Source of the DNA: Mytilus californianus | Lineage: Eukaryota | Reading direction: 5' to 3' | Assembly (NCBI RefSeq): GCF_021869535.1 | Contig: NW_026262679.1 | Span: forward strand, 101,060,001 to 101,124,000 | Length of the DNA: 64,000 nucleotides | Shown: in pieces, positions 1-11,800 of the stretch | How the letters are laid out: every line of letters begins with the position of its first letter | Numbering within the stretch: position 1 is the stretch's first letter | Translations under genes and position numbers: made by a program | The notes under the pieces: model-generated | Told to the model about the DNA's origin: nothing | Seen by the model: the letters and a program-made list of their open reading frames with translations, nothing else | Database searches by the model: none

Positions 1-125
1 ACCAAAGTTTCATGCAAATTGGTTTATGCGTTTTTGAGATATTGTCCGATATGTTGACGACGGACGGACAGACGGTAAACGGACAACGGTATACCATAAT
101 TGTCCCGTAAACGGACGTACAAAAA
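1..125 (-). mobile_element. End of a HINE/Helentron-like repeat (GACG microsatellite end), truncated by the window edge
   Basis: gacgacggacggacagacgg tract followed by a short hairpin and an A-run; same design as the other HINE ends in the window. Confidence 0.45.
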
Positions 126-354
126 TAAAATGAAAAAAGTATATCAATAACTGGCATGTTTTAGATCTTCATTTTAAGGACATTTTAAAAGTACATGTTT
201 TTCATCTTAATTATTACAATTAAATCAAACTCTGTCACTTTCCATATCGACTTGTTTCAATTTGTAATGGTGCTTCATAACGGTACTGGCATACAAATAT
301 GGATATTGTTTTATTGTAATCTTCTGTTCAAATTTTAGATATCATTATTTAATT

Positions 355-555
355 TGAGTAATGTATCTCCCTTACATACAGCTCTGACTCTTTGTCCGGT
401 GCTGGCCTAATAGCAAGCTCGTTCTCGTTTTATCAATTTTTCAACGTTTGTATTAGATTTTGGATTTTTTGTAATATTTTAGCCCGAACATCACCGAAGA
501 GACATCAGTCGTCGGCAAGTGAAGGCGCATCTGGTGCAGTAAAATTGGTACAGAA
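355..555 (+). repeat. Retrozyme/Penelope-derived repeat with a decayed type I hammerhead motif (488-537)
   Basis: acatca-CCGAAGA-gac atca gtc ... gcgcatc-tggtgc. The family recurs at about 20575-20760 and partially at about 55270-55300. Confidence 0.5.
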
Positions 556-1484
556 AATGTCATTATCTAATCTTCAAACAAAGCACTGCGACGACACAGT
601 GGCATATTCTGTAGAAAGTCTTGTTCAGTGTTAAAAGTACACTTAAAAAGTTTGTATGTTCTCAATTCATTACCATAACTACTTAGTATACAATGGGATG
701 TAACTTATAGCATGTTTTCCGCCTCTTGTTATTATTCACACTCGCATACAATGAAGGAAGTACACCTACGTCTCTTAAAATATCACAATATCTTACTACT
801 TTTCTCAGTCAGTTTATAGCGACTTTAAGACAAAATCCGTTTGATGTGTACCGATTGATATTTTAGTCTTGGAAGATATGAATCATATTTTAGTTGTTAC
901 TAGTTTGCAGTAACTGAGAGTACTCGTATATTGATACTTGATGTCTTTTTTGTCTTTTTGTTAGTTGTTTTTGTGCTTCGTACCGATCTGGTGAGTCAAG
1001 ATCAGGCACACTAGTGACCAACGAATTCTTACATTTTGATCTTACGTTGCATAGTCCAAGGTTAAAACGGAGATGATAAACATATGTAATCCGCCACATC
1101 CTGTATGTACCTGTCCTAATCCAGGAGTCTGAACACAAACTACTTTAATATAGAAAAAATACTCAGTTTTTCTGTCCGAATGTAGAAATCTAGTCAATAC
1201 ATGTATGCATCCGTTAATCAGAAAAAGTATACCATATGCATATACACTTGTCAAACGAGCGGTCGTTGCTATTAAATTAAAGCACTTCTTGTTTAGAGTT
1301 AGGCCGAATGAACATTTGTACATATGGCTTGGCTGTTTGTATATAATTGAAGGCAATATCACCACCTCAAGATTTCTAAGTATGGGATTTATGTAATGAT
1401 TTGATCACTCTCATAAATATTCACCGATCATCTTCGTTTGCTCAGATAGCAATTAAAAGTTGTAATCTGAGTAATTTGTCTCAC

Positions 1485-1592
1485 CATGAAGTCTTTGTAA
1501 AAATCCATAATATGGGGTTTTTTAAAATCTGTGTGCTCTTCTAAAAATTGGCAGTCTTCTTTTGATAACTTTTTTCTCATCTGGTTCCCCAT
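1485..1592 (-). CDS. Neuronal calcium sensor (NCS/neurocalcin-like) paralogue A, first coding exon only; remaining exons not found in the window
   Basis: Encodes MGNQMRKKLSKEDCQFLEEHTDFKKPHIMDFYKDFM, followed by a GTGAGA donor. Same 108-nt length and phase as exon 1 of the NCS gene at 27393, with 24/36 aa identical. An upstream TTTTCAG acceptor at about 1601 suggests a 5'UTR intron. Confidence 0.8.
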
Positions 1593-4500
1593 TTCAGTTC
1601 TGAAAAATTGATGCATGATGCATAAATTAAAACATTTTGTTCATTGCTACTCCGATTATGCTTTATTTTTTAGTTTCCCTGCTATATGAACTTGGTCAAA
1701 TATTGAACTCGTGTTTTTAAGTATCCGAAAAATGTTGGTTCAAATGATAATAACCATGAGTATCCTAAATAATAGATGTTACCGTAATCGGCTACAATAT
1801 GTTCATATCTAGATCCTATACACAGATGCGAGACGAGATTTAAAAAAAATAAGTATATATACAGCTCGTGTGTTCAGTATGTATACAGTTACAAATGTAT
1901 AGTGTATTCAGTATATATATACAAATATTTTTAAAAATCTCGTTTGGCACATTTGATCTGATACTATAATTTTCTTATTTGACACTGTTTCCGAAGTTTG
2001 CAGAACAGTACCGAAGTTTACCGAGAACAAGGCTAGACTTTTAATAAACCAAGTCTTTTACTTACATCCTGGTCTTTTAAGCAATTATGTGGTCAATTAT
2101 GATACGTTGAATTAACATGTATAAGATTTCCATCGAAAGGGGAAAATCCAAATGTCTGTGTTTTATTTTCATGATAAAAAAGTTTACTGTAACTATTAGG
2201 ACAAGAGTCAGTTTATCACACATGATACATGATCACGTTTTAATTATGAAAGGGACGCGTACAGTTTAACTTTCCAAAATCTCATTTACTCAAAAACAAA
2301 AACAAAGCACAAAATACTATAATTTCGGTGCGATCGACACGTGTTTCTGGGAAAACTTTCATCAGGTATACACTAGTGACCAAAAGTTTGGAATGTTAAA
2401 CTTTGCAGTAACAACCAAACGGGCCTTAACAAACACAACCGTGTAAGATCAACTTTGTCCGAGGAGTTGCATCCTTAGTTATTGCACAGTTACAAAAACA
2501 ATAGCAATTTAAAAAGTATTATAATTATTTAAAAGCCATATCCATTCTCCTAAAGAGGTTCATTCAATGTCTATTGCATACTTAATATTATGTTTTTATT
2601 TTCTTGAAGTCTTCCCTCTTTGTGAACATAAGTAAATTTACCCAGTACTTATAGTATCATCTCCATTAAGATGCTTTTAGTATTGCTTTGTTTGAAATGT
2701 ATTTCTAATTCACCAATACCGGGCTATAGCATAAATTTACAAAAGGGTAATTCTGGGAGAAACAAATTATTATATATCCACTTATCGGTAAAGATAGACT
2801 GATCAATACAGTAATTTGAAATGGTGACATTAAAAGGATATAATTATATTTTATTAATTTTGGCTTCGCTCATTATCTAATACTGAACTTGTAGTGTATT
2901 CCGTATATTCGGAACCAATTAAGTCAGAAAGACATTTTGATTTTTAAGTATACCAACAGCTGTAGGCAACCAGATAAAAACAAGGAAAAATCAGAGCATA
3001 TACTTCTATATTGCATTATACATGCATACTTATATTGAATATTATAGGTAAAAGTTGCACCATGACAGTGCAGAGTTATATCCTTGTTTAACAATAACAT
3101 AAATTTTCTTATTAACGTATGCTTCATTTTATTAGTTCAGATAATAGACTATGCTTGCTCAGATTGAAGATTTATGTTACATGTATTTATACTTAATTAA
3201 CTTCCTTGTTATCATGCAAACAACATGCAATCTAATGTCCGTCTTTACTTTTTATGATTTAGATAGTACTTAAAAGTGTACTTTTATTAAGAATTATTTT
3301 AATTAATATTGTCTATAAATTCTATTACGAGTATTGTGAACCATGAATAGAATAACAGCGGAAAGACAGATTCAGATTCATGAATGTTAAATAAGGATTC
3401 TACAGGATTGTACCATATACAATCTATATATCTTTTGAATATTTATTAAGACGGGAAATTGAGAAAATACATTTTTGATGATAATTTTTGTATTCCGTGT
3501 GCCTATGGTCACTGTTCCATACCGAACTGCATGATACATTGCTATTTCTACGGTTGTAGGCAGAATCTTATTTTTTTCCTATGGACTTGTTTATGAGATA
3601 GCAACCAAACAAGAAAGATTAAATTAAAAGAACGAACAGTCTTTTTATTGAACAAAAATCTTCTTTTCTTCTAAACAAAAATAAATTCCGGTTGAATGAT
3701 TTTTCAAGTTGACATTTTTGTACACCTTTCAGATATGTAATATTCTCCCTTTTGGATACCCCATACACGTATCCTGAAAGGAATTTCCTGGTAACTGAGT
3801 AATTTCCCTTTCTAGATGTTATCAAAATGAAAGAAGACAAGCTTTAGTTTCCTTTTCCAATTGCTGATAAACTTGAATAAGAAAGATAGCATCATGTTTT
3901 ATTTTTGACGTCCGGCTTTCTTAATAATTCAACGACAGGTCGCGTCGCACACTGGATGATTATTTTGACAAATTAAAATGATTAATATCAAAAGTAAAAA
4001 AAACTCGAAAATTTGTGTGTATTTTTGAAATGTCAAACTTTGATATAAGAATAAGAAGATGTGGTATGATTGTAAATGAGATAAATATCCCAATGATGTG
4101 CAAGTAAATAACTATAATAGTTGGATCTCCGTACGGATTTTACGGTGAAATAATTTGAGAACGTAGGAAAATCGTTATTTTTTTGTTCTTACACGAAATA
4201 GAGGAGTTAGTACTCTTCGGTTATTTTAAAAAAAAATCCTGTTTTGGTGTTAACATCCTTATCATTTCTTATATCTATAAATATAAAGCATGACATGTCT
4301 ATAGTAACTATTTCGTCATGGTAAAAACGGAAAACATCGTTATTTTATATAGAGCATTCCTCTGTAAAACATCATAGATAAAAGTGCAAAAGTTTGTTGT
4401 CAAGTTCATTTTTGAAGTATACAGACGTCATCAAACTTTTAGAGTATATTTTACCTACTGTTTACTACGTATACCAATGATTTAATTCTTGATAATTACA

Positions 4501-4694
4501 ATACGTTTAAAAGTGTCGATTGAAGTCTTGCTGCTCTCTTTTCAGCACATGTGCTTCCAAACTCTTTGGTATTGTATGTTTAAGCGTGGTTTAGTTTGTG
4601 TCGACAGAGTTCAACTAAATCTGATAATTTTGAACTATTACCAATTTGATGGTATTTGTGTGACCCTCTGAAATCCACGTTATACAAAAAGGAA

Positions 4695-5530
4695 CTAGAG
4701 GCTCCAAAGAGCCTGTGTAGATTACCTTGGTCTATTTGCATCTTCAACAATCGACACTCTCCAACATTGTAGACTAGAATATAATAAATGACAAAATCTC
4801 TATTTTGTTGATCTTGTATCGCTGCATGATAATTTTTTGCTTGTTTACGATTTCTCTCCATCTTCTTTAGTTTTAGTCCAAAACACCAAAAGTGTATAGA
4901 AGTTGTCCTTTAAGGTCAACAACTCCTATAAAGAGTCCTATAGGAGGCCGCGTGGTCTAAGTAATCAATCAATCAAATCAATTCTATAATGGGTCAACTA
5001 AAGATTTCAGCAAAATGTGACTTATTTGTAAATATGGTCTAATTACCTTTTTATAGTTTTCAAAATGCAAAAAATGGGTAAAATCGTCATTAAAGAGCAA
5101 TAACTTCAATAAAGAGTCGACTGAAGATTTCGACCATGTTAGTATCAATTGTAGATATTGTCTAGCTGGTCATTTTTAATTGTTATTAAAAGTTTTTCTA
5201 TATCTTTTACAGTTTTCAAGATAATAGTAAAAAATATTAGTCAAAGATCTCAGAATTCTGAACATATCTTCCCCTGTCAGATATTCTCAATTGATAGCGG
5301 TTTTCAAGATAATAGGCAAAACTTGCATTTTGCCACCTATGTACTAGTTTTAGCTACGTCGGTCATGTTAGTTGGGAGGTGGTGTCATCGGACACATTTT
5401 ATTAAACTAGTTTTTTCCAATGATGATTATGGCCAAGTTTGGTTAAATTTGGCCCAGTAGTTTCAGAGGAGAATATTTTTGTAAAAGTTGACGCACGACG
5501 ACGGACGCCAAGTAATGAGAAAAGCTCACT
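4695..5530 (-). mobile_element. HINE (Helentron-associated) element, degenerate
   Basis: Has aactagaggctccaaagagcctgtg (3' hairpin) at one end and gacgacggacgccaagtaatgagaaaagctcac at the other; internal ggcccagtagtttcagaggaga is shared with the other HINEs. Confidence 0.6.
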
Positions 5531-6906
5531 CGGCTCTTTGTCGTTGTAAGTCTTTTATGCTGGTCGGCAAAGCGAGTCGAGGCAGAAAATTTGGTCTGCA
5601 AGTGGAAAGGAGGGTATGCTGGGCGAGGAAAGATAGGTCTACTACATACTCTCAAGGAATATTGCATGGGTTCATTAAGTGCAATAAGCACGAACCTCTA
5701 CCCAAACAGGACAATAGATTTAACATCCTAAATCTGATTGGTAGATAATTGCTGTTTGCCTAACGTCCAATGGCAAATATCTCATGCTTGTTCAGGACGA
5801 TAAATCTGATCGAACTTAGCTTCGTATTTATAAATACCACACAGCCAAATGGAGCTCTCTATGCAAATCTTATTGCTGCATGGAAAATTTAAGTTTACCA
5901 TATATCTATTCCACAGATAAACCTTGGGGTTAATATTTTTTTAAGGAATCTTGTCCTCAATAATTTTTCAATCTTTTTTTCGATCAGAGGAAGTCTTTTC
6001 CATTGTGGTTTTTAAAATTTTGTTTAATGCCATCAGAGTCTGAGCAAAACAAATTTTGTCTGATACTGACATGCAAGGAATTTCATACCTGTGAGCTTTT
6101 TCTTGAATGGGAAGTTTTCCCAATTCAGTTTTTAGATGTATGTTCTAAACATCTACTTTCGCATCGGTACCAGCAGCACACAATTGAAGTTTTTAGTTAA
6201 GAGCGAGTCTTTAAAATAGAAATTGTTTTTAGTGATTTTCCCTAGAAATGATATAAACTATACTCATAGTAAGTTATGACATTTTTTTAATCCGTATCAA
6301 ATTTAACAGATTATGAATATAGAAACTGGCATTAATTAATCAGACAGCAAGGTATTTATTCAACAAGTATATAACATCTTTCCTCTTTTCCCTGTGATTT
6401 TTCGTTGTAATACGTGTCCATGCAATTATTAGAAGTGACATTTAATATACAGGTTGATTAATTAGTTTCATATGAAGCAAGGTTAACAAAGAGGAGGAAT
6501 ATATAAAGCAACAACTTACGTGTTGTGTAATAATAAAAAAATATCCTTATATCATCTTGTTGTACACTTTATAATTTAACAAGATCCATGTCATTTTAGA
6601 TGACCGAGTTAATGTTCAATGTTGAAGTTTATCCGAACAAAATCACATCAGGAAATGTAGTTTTGTCCTCACGACGTGAACTATACGCCAGATATGTGTA
6701 TCTCGAGTAATTACTTGGTGATCATGGTCTACAGTCACAAACTAGTGACAAATCATTGTTCATTAAGAAACCATGGACCGTATAATATCCTCTATTTTAT
6801 ATGTATACACGGAAACACTAAAATAACAAAACGGAAGTTATACTTTTAGATAAATAAAATTTAAAGAAAGGATATAAAATTATGTTCAGATGTTAAGAAA
6901 GAATTG

Positions 6907-7007
6907 CACAGGCACTTGTCTCTGAAATTTGTTTTCATATACTAGTCATGATACCTTAATATAACAGGTTTATATGGGATAAAAAAAAATTCAGACAAGT
7001 TCCTGTG
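6907..7007. mobile_element. About 100-bp MITE (TIR cacaggcacttgtct / agacaagttcctgtg); second copy at 44197-44293
   Basis: Inverted termini, and two copies present in the window. Confidence 0.5.
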
Positions 7008-8829
7008 AAAAATTGGTGTGAAAATATTTCGGTGTTATGTCAAGAATACAAGAGAAGTTGACGAAGTACTCAAACAGATATTAACAACAGAATGGAAATG
7101 AATATGGTGTATAGATTCATGAAAATCTTATAACTTCACATCTGACTCATTCTGATTCATAAAACAAAGGTATGTTCTGCAAAGTGTGTAAACTGGGATG
7201 AAGGACGGGAAATACAAACTGCTATTGGAAAAATTGGGTATTATATTGGATAGGAACAAAAAGAAAACGGTATTTTAGATAATTGAAGAAATGCATTTCT
7301 ATGTTGATAAAGAAAACAAATTATTGTTGTAAACTCGTACATTACAGTTTCAAATGTCCCATCCAGCAGTAAACCCCGCCCTACAGATTGATGTTTATTT
7401 GACTGAGCGTGGTGTATACATACGCCTACAAATCTGTAAGGAACGGAGACCTTAAATCCGATGCCTCGTGTGGGGATAGTACCACGTTTTCTGCATGTTC
7501 AAGAGCCATTTTAACAACTCTATGAGTCTGTAGGGAGCCTGATGCAAGGAAAAATAGCATTTACTATCCAACATACCCTATTTTTCCAATAGCAGTTATC
7601 TCGGTCAGCCCACTTTGCAGAACATGTCTTTTGGATGAATTGTAACGTTGTTATAGTCTTGAAAATGCTGTAAATATTTGTTACTGTATGTTAAGCAAAC
7701 CTAAATATTAACCAATTTAATGGAAGGAGAGAAAACAAAATATCCAAAGATCTTCAATAATTAACACAAGAAAAGTACAGTTTATAATCTTGTAAATAAA
7801 AAAATTGACTAAAGTTAGAATGACTGTTATGTAGTGTTTTATCAAAACCAGTATTTCGTCTCCTAAGGAATGACCAATTGATATTTTGGGGCGGGGCACA
7901 GGAGGATTTTTACGGATTAAGGATGGAATATTCATTTTGACCTCGAGCTAAGTTGACATATATATTTTCCCTTTTGAACACAGTTATTTCCTGCATTTTG
8001 TGGGAAAGAATATTCCTTTAACCCCTCCACTCCAGAAAATCAAATGCTTGTCCCCTAAACACACTTGTCTGATTCTTAAGAAATAAATCCGTAAAAATGA
8101 CATTTTTTCTAGAATGTTGAATAACCTTGACCAAATATTTCCCTATTACAATCTGTTCACATAAAACACTAGACATACCGATATAAATAAAATAATATTG
8201 TGACGGGACGGGTGAGTTGGAACTTTTTAATCAGTTATCTGTAACGGAGTAAGAACATGGTTCCCTAAGGTATTTAGATATGTACTGAACTAGTTGACTA
8301 TATTTGTCATGAGCACAACAGGGGTGGACACACTACCATTTGCGATATAATCTTCTGCAGAGTCAACGATTTTCATAAAATAAATATTCTTGTTCTTGTC
8401 CCTCTTCTCCATGCTTGACTTGGCTTTATTCGTATTTCACCGCCGCCACAAATGTTACGGGATGGGTGAGTGTGTCCGGATTTAACATATTACGTATTGT
8501 TGGAAAATTCTAATATCTGTCAACCCTGATGTTAAGTTACAAAATAATTACAGGTGTATACTGGTAGCGCAGCTGGCTAAATGGTCACGGCACTGGTTTC
8601 ATATTGAAGCCGATAAACTAATTATCACTGACTTAAACGATGGAAGTGAAAGAAGAAGTGATTGTTTACTAATGTAAGTAACCCGAAAACGTCTATGTAC
8701 AAACCTACAACCTATTCCATAACCGTATCAATATCACTAATTTAATTTTAAAACAATACTCTAATTTTATAAAAAAAAAACTCCGCTTACAAATAAATAT
8801 CAGAGATAGTGGATCAAATTTGTCTTTTA

Positions 8830-11800
8830 TCACTCTTTCAAAATACAATAGAATGATACACTCAACAATATTAACATGATAAAGTTTTGAGCATCACTGC
8901 TACCACTTGAAGGAGGAAATCCATTACGATTTACTATTTCTGTGTATGCTGCAGCTGAAAGCTTTGGTGTCCTTGGTCTCGTAGGGTCACTGAAGTCTGT
9001 GGAATGAAGTCCAAACTTCTCATGAAACCCTCTATTCCACTCAAACGTGTCTAAAAGACACCAAGCCGTATATCCAATGACATTACATTCATCCTGTTTT
9101 ACCGCTGAAAAATTAAAATGGGTTTAAAAATCATATTTATAATACACAAAGGCACACTTCACTTAGATGGATAGAAATATAAATATCATAGAGATAAACA
9201 TAACAAATGAATTGCAAAAAAATGGTATGCTAGTAAGTATAAATAGATTTAGGAAGATAAGCGTACATGAACTTGTGGAGTTTCTCTTTTTATGTTCAAC
9301 TTGATATGTTTCTATTGACTTCAGACAATTGACCTTATAAATGACTGTCAGATTTGAATTTTTTTTTTGCGAAACCATTTCACAAAAATTAAGCCATGTT
9401 CAAGACGAATACGATTGATCATATTTTGGTCCAGTTTGGACGGTATGAACTAAACGATAACTACTTCATCCGATTAATTTGTACTATATGATATTGGTAG
9501 AACTACACCCTTTGCGATCATCAATAGGAAACCGTATAATTACTGTTTTATGTTCATATCTTTTTTATGCCTTAAACATTGAAAAGTAATGTGTGAAAAC
9601 CTTTTGAAAAGTTCTCAAACATTTATTGTTGTCACTGTTTGACCACTTACCTTTAAGTAGTTGGTTGATGTACTGTCGGTAGTAATAAATTCTGTGTGGG
9701 TCATTGGTTGTTCCATTATTATCTGTGATTCCATTTTCAGTAATAATTACTTTTGGATTATTGTATTCTTTTTTTATCCAATTTAACATATCTCTAAAAC
9801 CCCACGGCACAACTTTCAACCAGTATGATCCTGACCTGCAACATATGGTTTCTACTTGTTATTTGTATTTGTAATGCACGGGTATTTTTTTTATTATATA
9901 AAATAGAGTCATAAAGAGAAATTCTATAAATAACTACAGGTCATTGGACGACTTTCAACAACGAGAATCACCCTAATCGTATATGAATCAAGCTATAAAA
10001 GCACACCCTGTTACATATGTACCAGCTATCGGTACTGCAGATGCAATAGGGACCAATATCAAAATGTGATGTACATGATTGCTAAATCAATCCCTGCATT
10101 GAAATGACAATCGGAAACACATATCCTACTGTATCAACCGTAATGATAGCCGGTAATATTTATAGGGTGTGTAAATGTCACCAGGATAACAAAATGTGAA
10201 TAATTTCAAATTTAACATATCTCTAAAACCCCACGGCACAACTTTCAACCACAACCACACCTAAAATTAAGACGATCCATTTTAACATATCTCTAAAACC
10301 CTACGGCACAACTTTCAACCAGTATGATCCTGACATAATTTGTATTTGTATTTGTATTTGTAATGCTCGGTTGTGGTTGAAAGTTGTTCCGTGGGGTTTA
10401 GAGATAATATTAAATTGGATCGTCTTAGGGAGCTACCAATTGATTTTAATGAGGGGGCTAGGATGAAAAATTTTGTCCTGCATTTTTTGTTAGTTGTAAT
10501 CTCTGTCCTGCCTTTTTATTTTTTTCTCTATTCGGTCCTGCCCCTTTTTTTTAATAGTTTATCCTGACTTTTTTTACATAAATTGTCATCCTGACTGTTT
10601 TTTTTGCCAAGTTGCTAATCCTGCCTTTTTTTTACTCAAAACTCCTGTCCTGTCTTTTTTTAGCTCACCGGGGCCCGAAGGGCCCCATGTGAGCTTATGC
10701 CATCACTTGGCGTCCGTCGTCGTCCGTCGTCTGTCGTCGTCGTTGTCTGTCGTCGTCGTCGTCGTCGTCTGTTGTCGTCTGTCGTCGTAAACTATTTCAA
10801 AAATCTTCTCCTCTGAAACTACTGAGCCAAATACCTTCAAACTTTAACTGAATGTTTCTTAAGGTATCTAGTTTATAAATTGTATCCGAAGTTTTGATCC
10901 ATCGACAAACATGGCCGCCATGGCTAATTTTAGAACATAGGGGTCAAATGCATTTTTTGGCTTATATCTCAAAAACTAAAGCTTTTAGAGCAAATCTGAC
11001 ATGTAGTAAAATTGTTCAATTGGTCAAGATCTATCAGCTCTGAAATTTTCAGACGAATCGAACAACCCATTGTTGGGTTGCTGCCACCGAATTGGTAGTT
11101 TTAACAAAATTTTGCAGTTTTTTGTTATTATTTTGAATATTATTATAGATATATATAAACTGTAAGCAGCAATAATGTTCAGCAAAGTAAGATCTACAAA
11201 AAAGTTAATATGATCATAATTGTCAATTGACCCCTTAAGGAGTTATTGCCCTTTAAAGACAATTTTACACAATTTGTTCATCAAGTTTGCTAACATTTAA
11301 AAATCTTCTCCTCCGAAACTACTGGGCCAGTTACCTTCAAACTTTAACTAAATGTTCCTTAGGGTATCTTGTTTATAAATTGTATCCGAAGTTTGTATCC
11401 ATCAACAAACATGGCCGCCATGGCTTAAAATAGAACATAAGGGTCAAATGCATTTTTTGGCTTATATCTCAAAAACTAAAGCTTTTAGAGCAAATCTGAC
11501 ATGTGGTAAAATTGTTCAATTGGTCAAGATCTATCAGCTCTGAAATTTTCAGACGAATCGAACAACCCATTGTTGGGTTGCTGCCACCGAATTGGTAGTT
11601 TTAACAAAATTTTGTTTTTTGTTATTATTTTGAATATTATTATAGATATATATAAACTGTAAGCAGCAATAATGTTCAGCAAAGTAAGATCTACAAAAAA
11701 GTTTTAATATGACCATAATTGTCAATTGACCCCTTAAGGAGTTATTGCCCTTTAAAGACAATTTTACACAATTTGTTCATCAAGTTTGCTAACATTTAAA

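Noticed and set aside
1042-1396. Overlapping ORFs as candidate NCS-A exon 2
   Set aside because: I found no EF-hand or NCS similarity in the minus-strand sequence I read; exon 2 probably lies outside the window.
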